Assembly: GCA_010093705.1 (NCBI GenBank)
Contig: MU006093.1
Coordinates: forward strand, 1,447,301-1,509,108
DNA from: Patellaria atrata CBS 101060
Lineage: Eukaryota
Direction of reading: 5' to 3'
Length of the DNA: 61,808 bases
This document shows positions 61,201 through 61,808 of the stretch, piece by piece. Each line of letters begins with the position of its first letter. The stretch's first letter is position 1. The notes under the pieces were generated by a model. That model did not search any database and was not told the DNA's origin. It was given only the letters and a program-made list of their open reading frames with translations. The translations under genes were made by a program, and so were the position numbers.

Positions 61201-61808
61201 AGAATGCTATTCAGGTATCTTTGAAATGCCGCAGGTGCTCCAGTTAATCCAAAGGGAACAACTTTCCACTCGAAAAGTCCATATCTTGTCCGGAAAGCGG
61301 TTTTCCATTCTTCCCCTTCGGCTATTCGTATCTTATGAAAAGCGGCAATAACGTCGAGTTTAGTAAACCATCGAGCCTTTGCAACGTTCCTTAGGGTTTC
61401 GCTGAATAATGGTAAGGGATAGCGATCTTTCTTTGTAATGTTATTCAGTCCACGATAATCAACACAGAATCGGATACCTCCATTAGGCTTCTTTACCATT
61501 AGCACTAGTGCCGCAGCGGGTGAGTTGCTAGCTCTAATAAAGTCCTTCCCTAACAATTCAGTAAGAGTCTTCCTTAAAACAAGTAATTCTTCTCGACCCA
61601 TGCCATAAAGTGGGCCCCACGGGACCGCCTTCTCATTACCATCCTGATCCTTTTCAATCTCAATATGCAAATCAACACCTTTCCGACAAGGAGGTAGCTT
61701 CTCTGCTAGGAAATGGTCGAATACCTTCAGCCAAGGAAAATATTGAGGTGGTAATTTTGTCTTAGGGTCTAACCTCTGACGTGGTTTTAAGGCTTTATCA
61801 ATATCTGC
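58269..61808 (-). mobile_element. Ty3/Gypsy LTR retrotransposon (pol RT-RNaseH-integrase plus probable 3' LTR end); continues beyond window
   Basis: RFCVDYRGLN, AFRTRYG, YVDD, ADSS, HDKELLAI, TDHKNL, HHCC zinc finger, SDRGPQF, HPQTDGATER, HPVFHV; minus strand ends ..CCTGTTACA at 58269; domain order RT-RH-IN. Confidence 0.96.
58902..61808 (-). pseudogene. pol polyprotein disrupted by four in-frame stops, no frameshifts seen
   Basis: TAG 60360-60362, TAG 60174-60176, TAG 60156-60158, TAA 59643-59645, all in one frame. Confidence 0.88.

Overview
Intron-containing fungal genomic DNA (filamentous ascomycete, Pezizomycotina-type; lineage inferred from protein and intron style only). Housekeeping genes are ERG9 (3' part), SWP1, a conserved HTH-type protein, an SDR oxidoreductase, KHA1, MEF1, NMT1, MRPS8 and a MET7-like FPGS. 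They are interleaved with accessory genes: two small secreted Cys-containing proteins, a PTH11-like receptor, a membrane-anchored GH92, a poly-Glu orphan ORF, a second divergent FPGS, a HET-domain gene, a secreted tyrosinase and an MFS transporter. The window ends in a Ty3/Gypsy LTR retrotransposon with RIP-like stop codons. There are two assembly gaps (26909-27008, 58362-58901). The most intriguing arrangement is a canonical FPGS plus a divergent tandem FPGS lying tail-to-tail with an intronless HET gene (possible allorecognition/decoy locus; hypothesis only). Gene models were spliced by eye from GT(GC)-AG and branch-point signals; no database searches were run.
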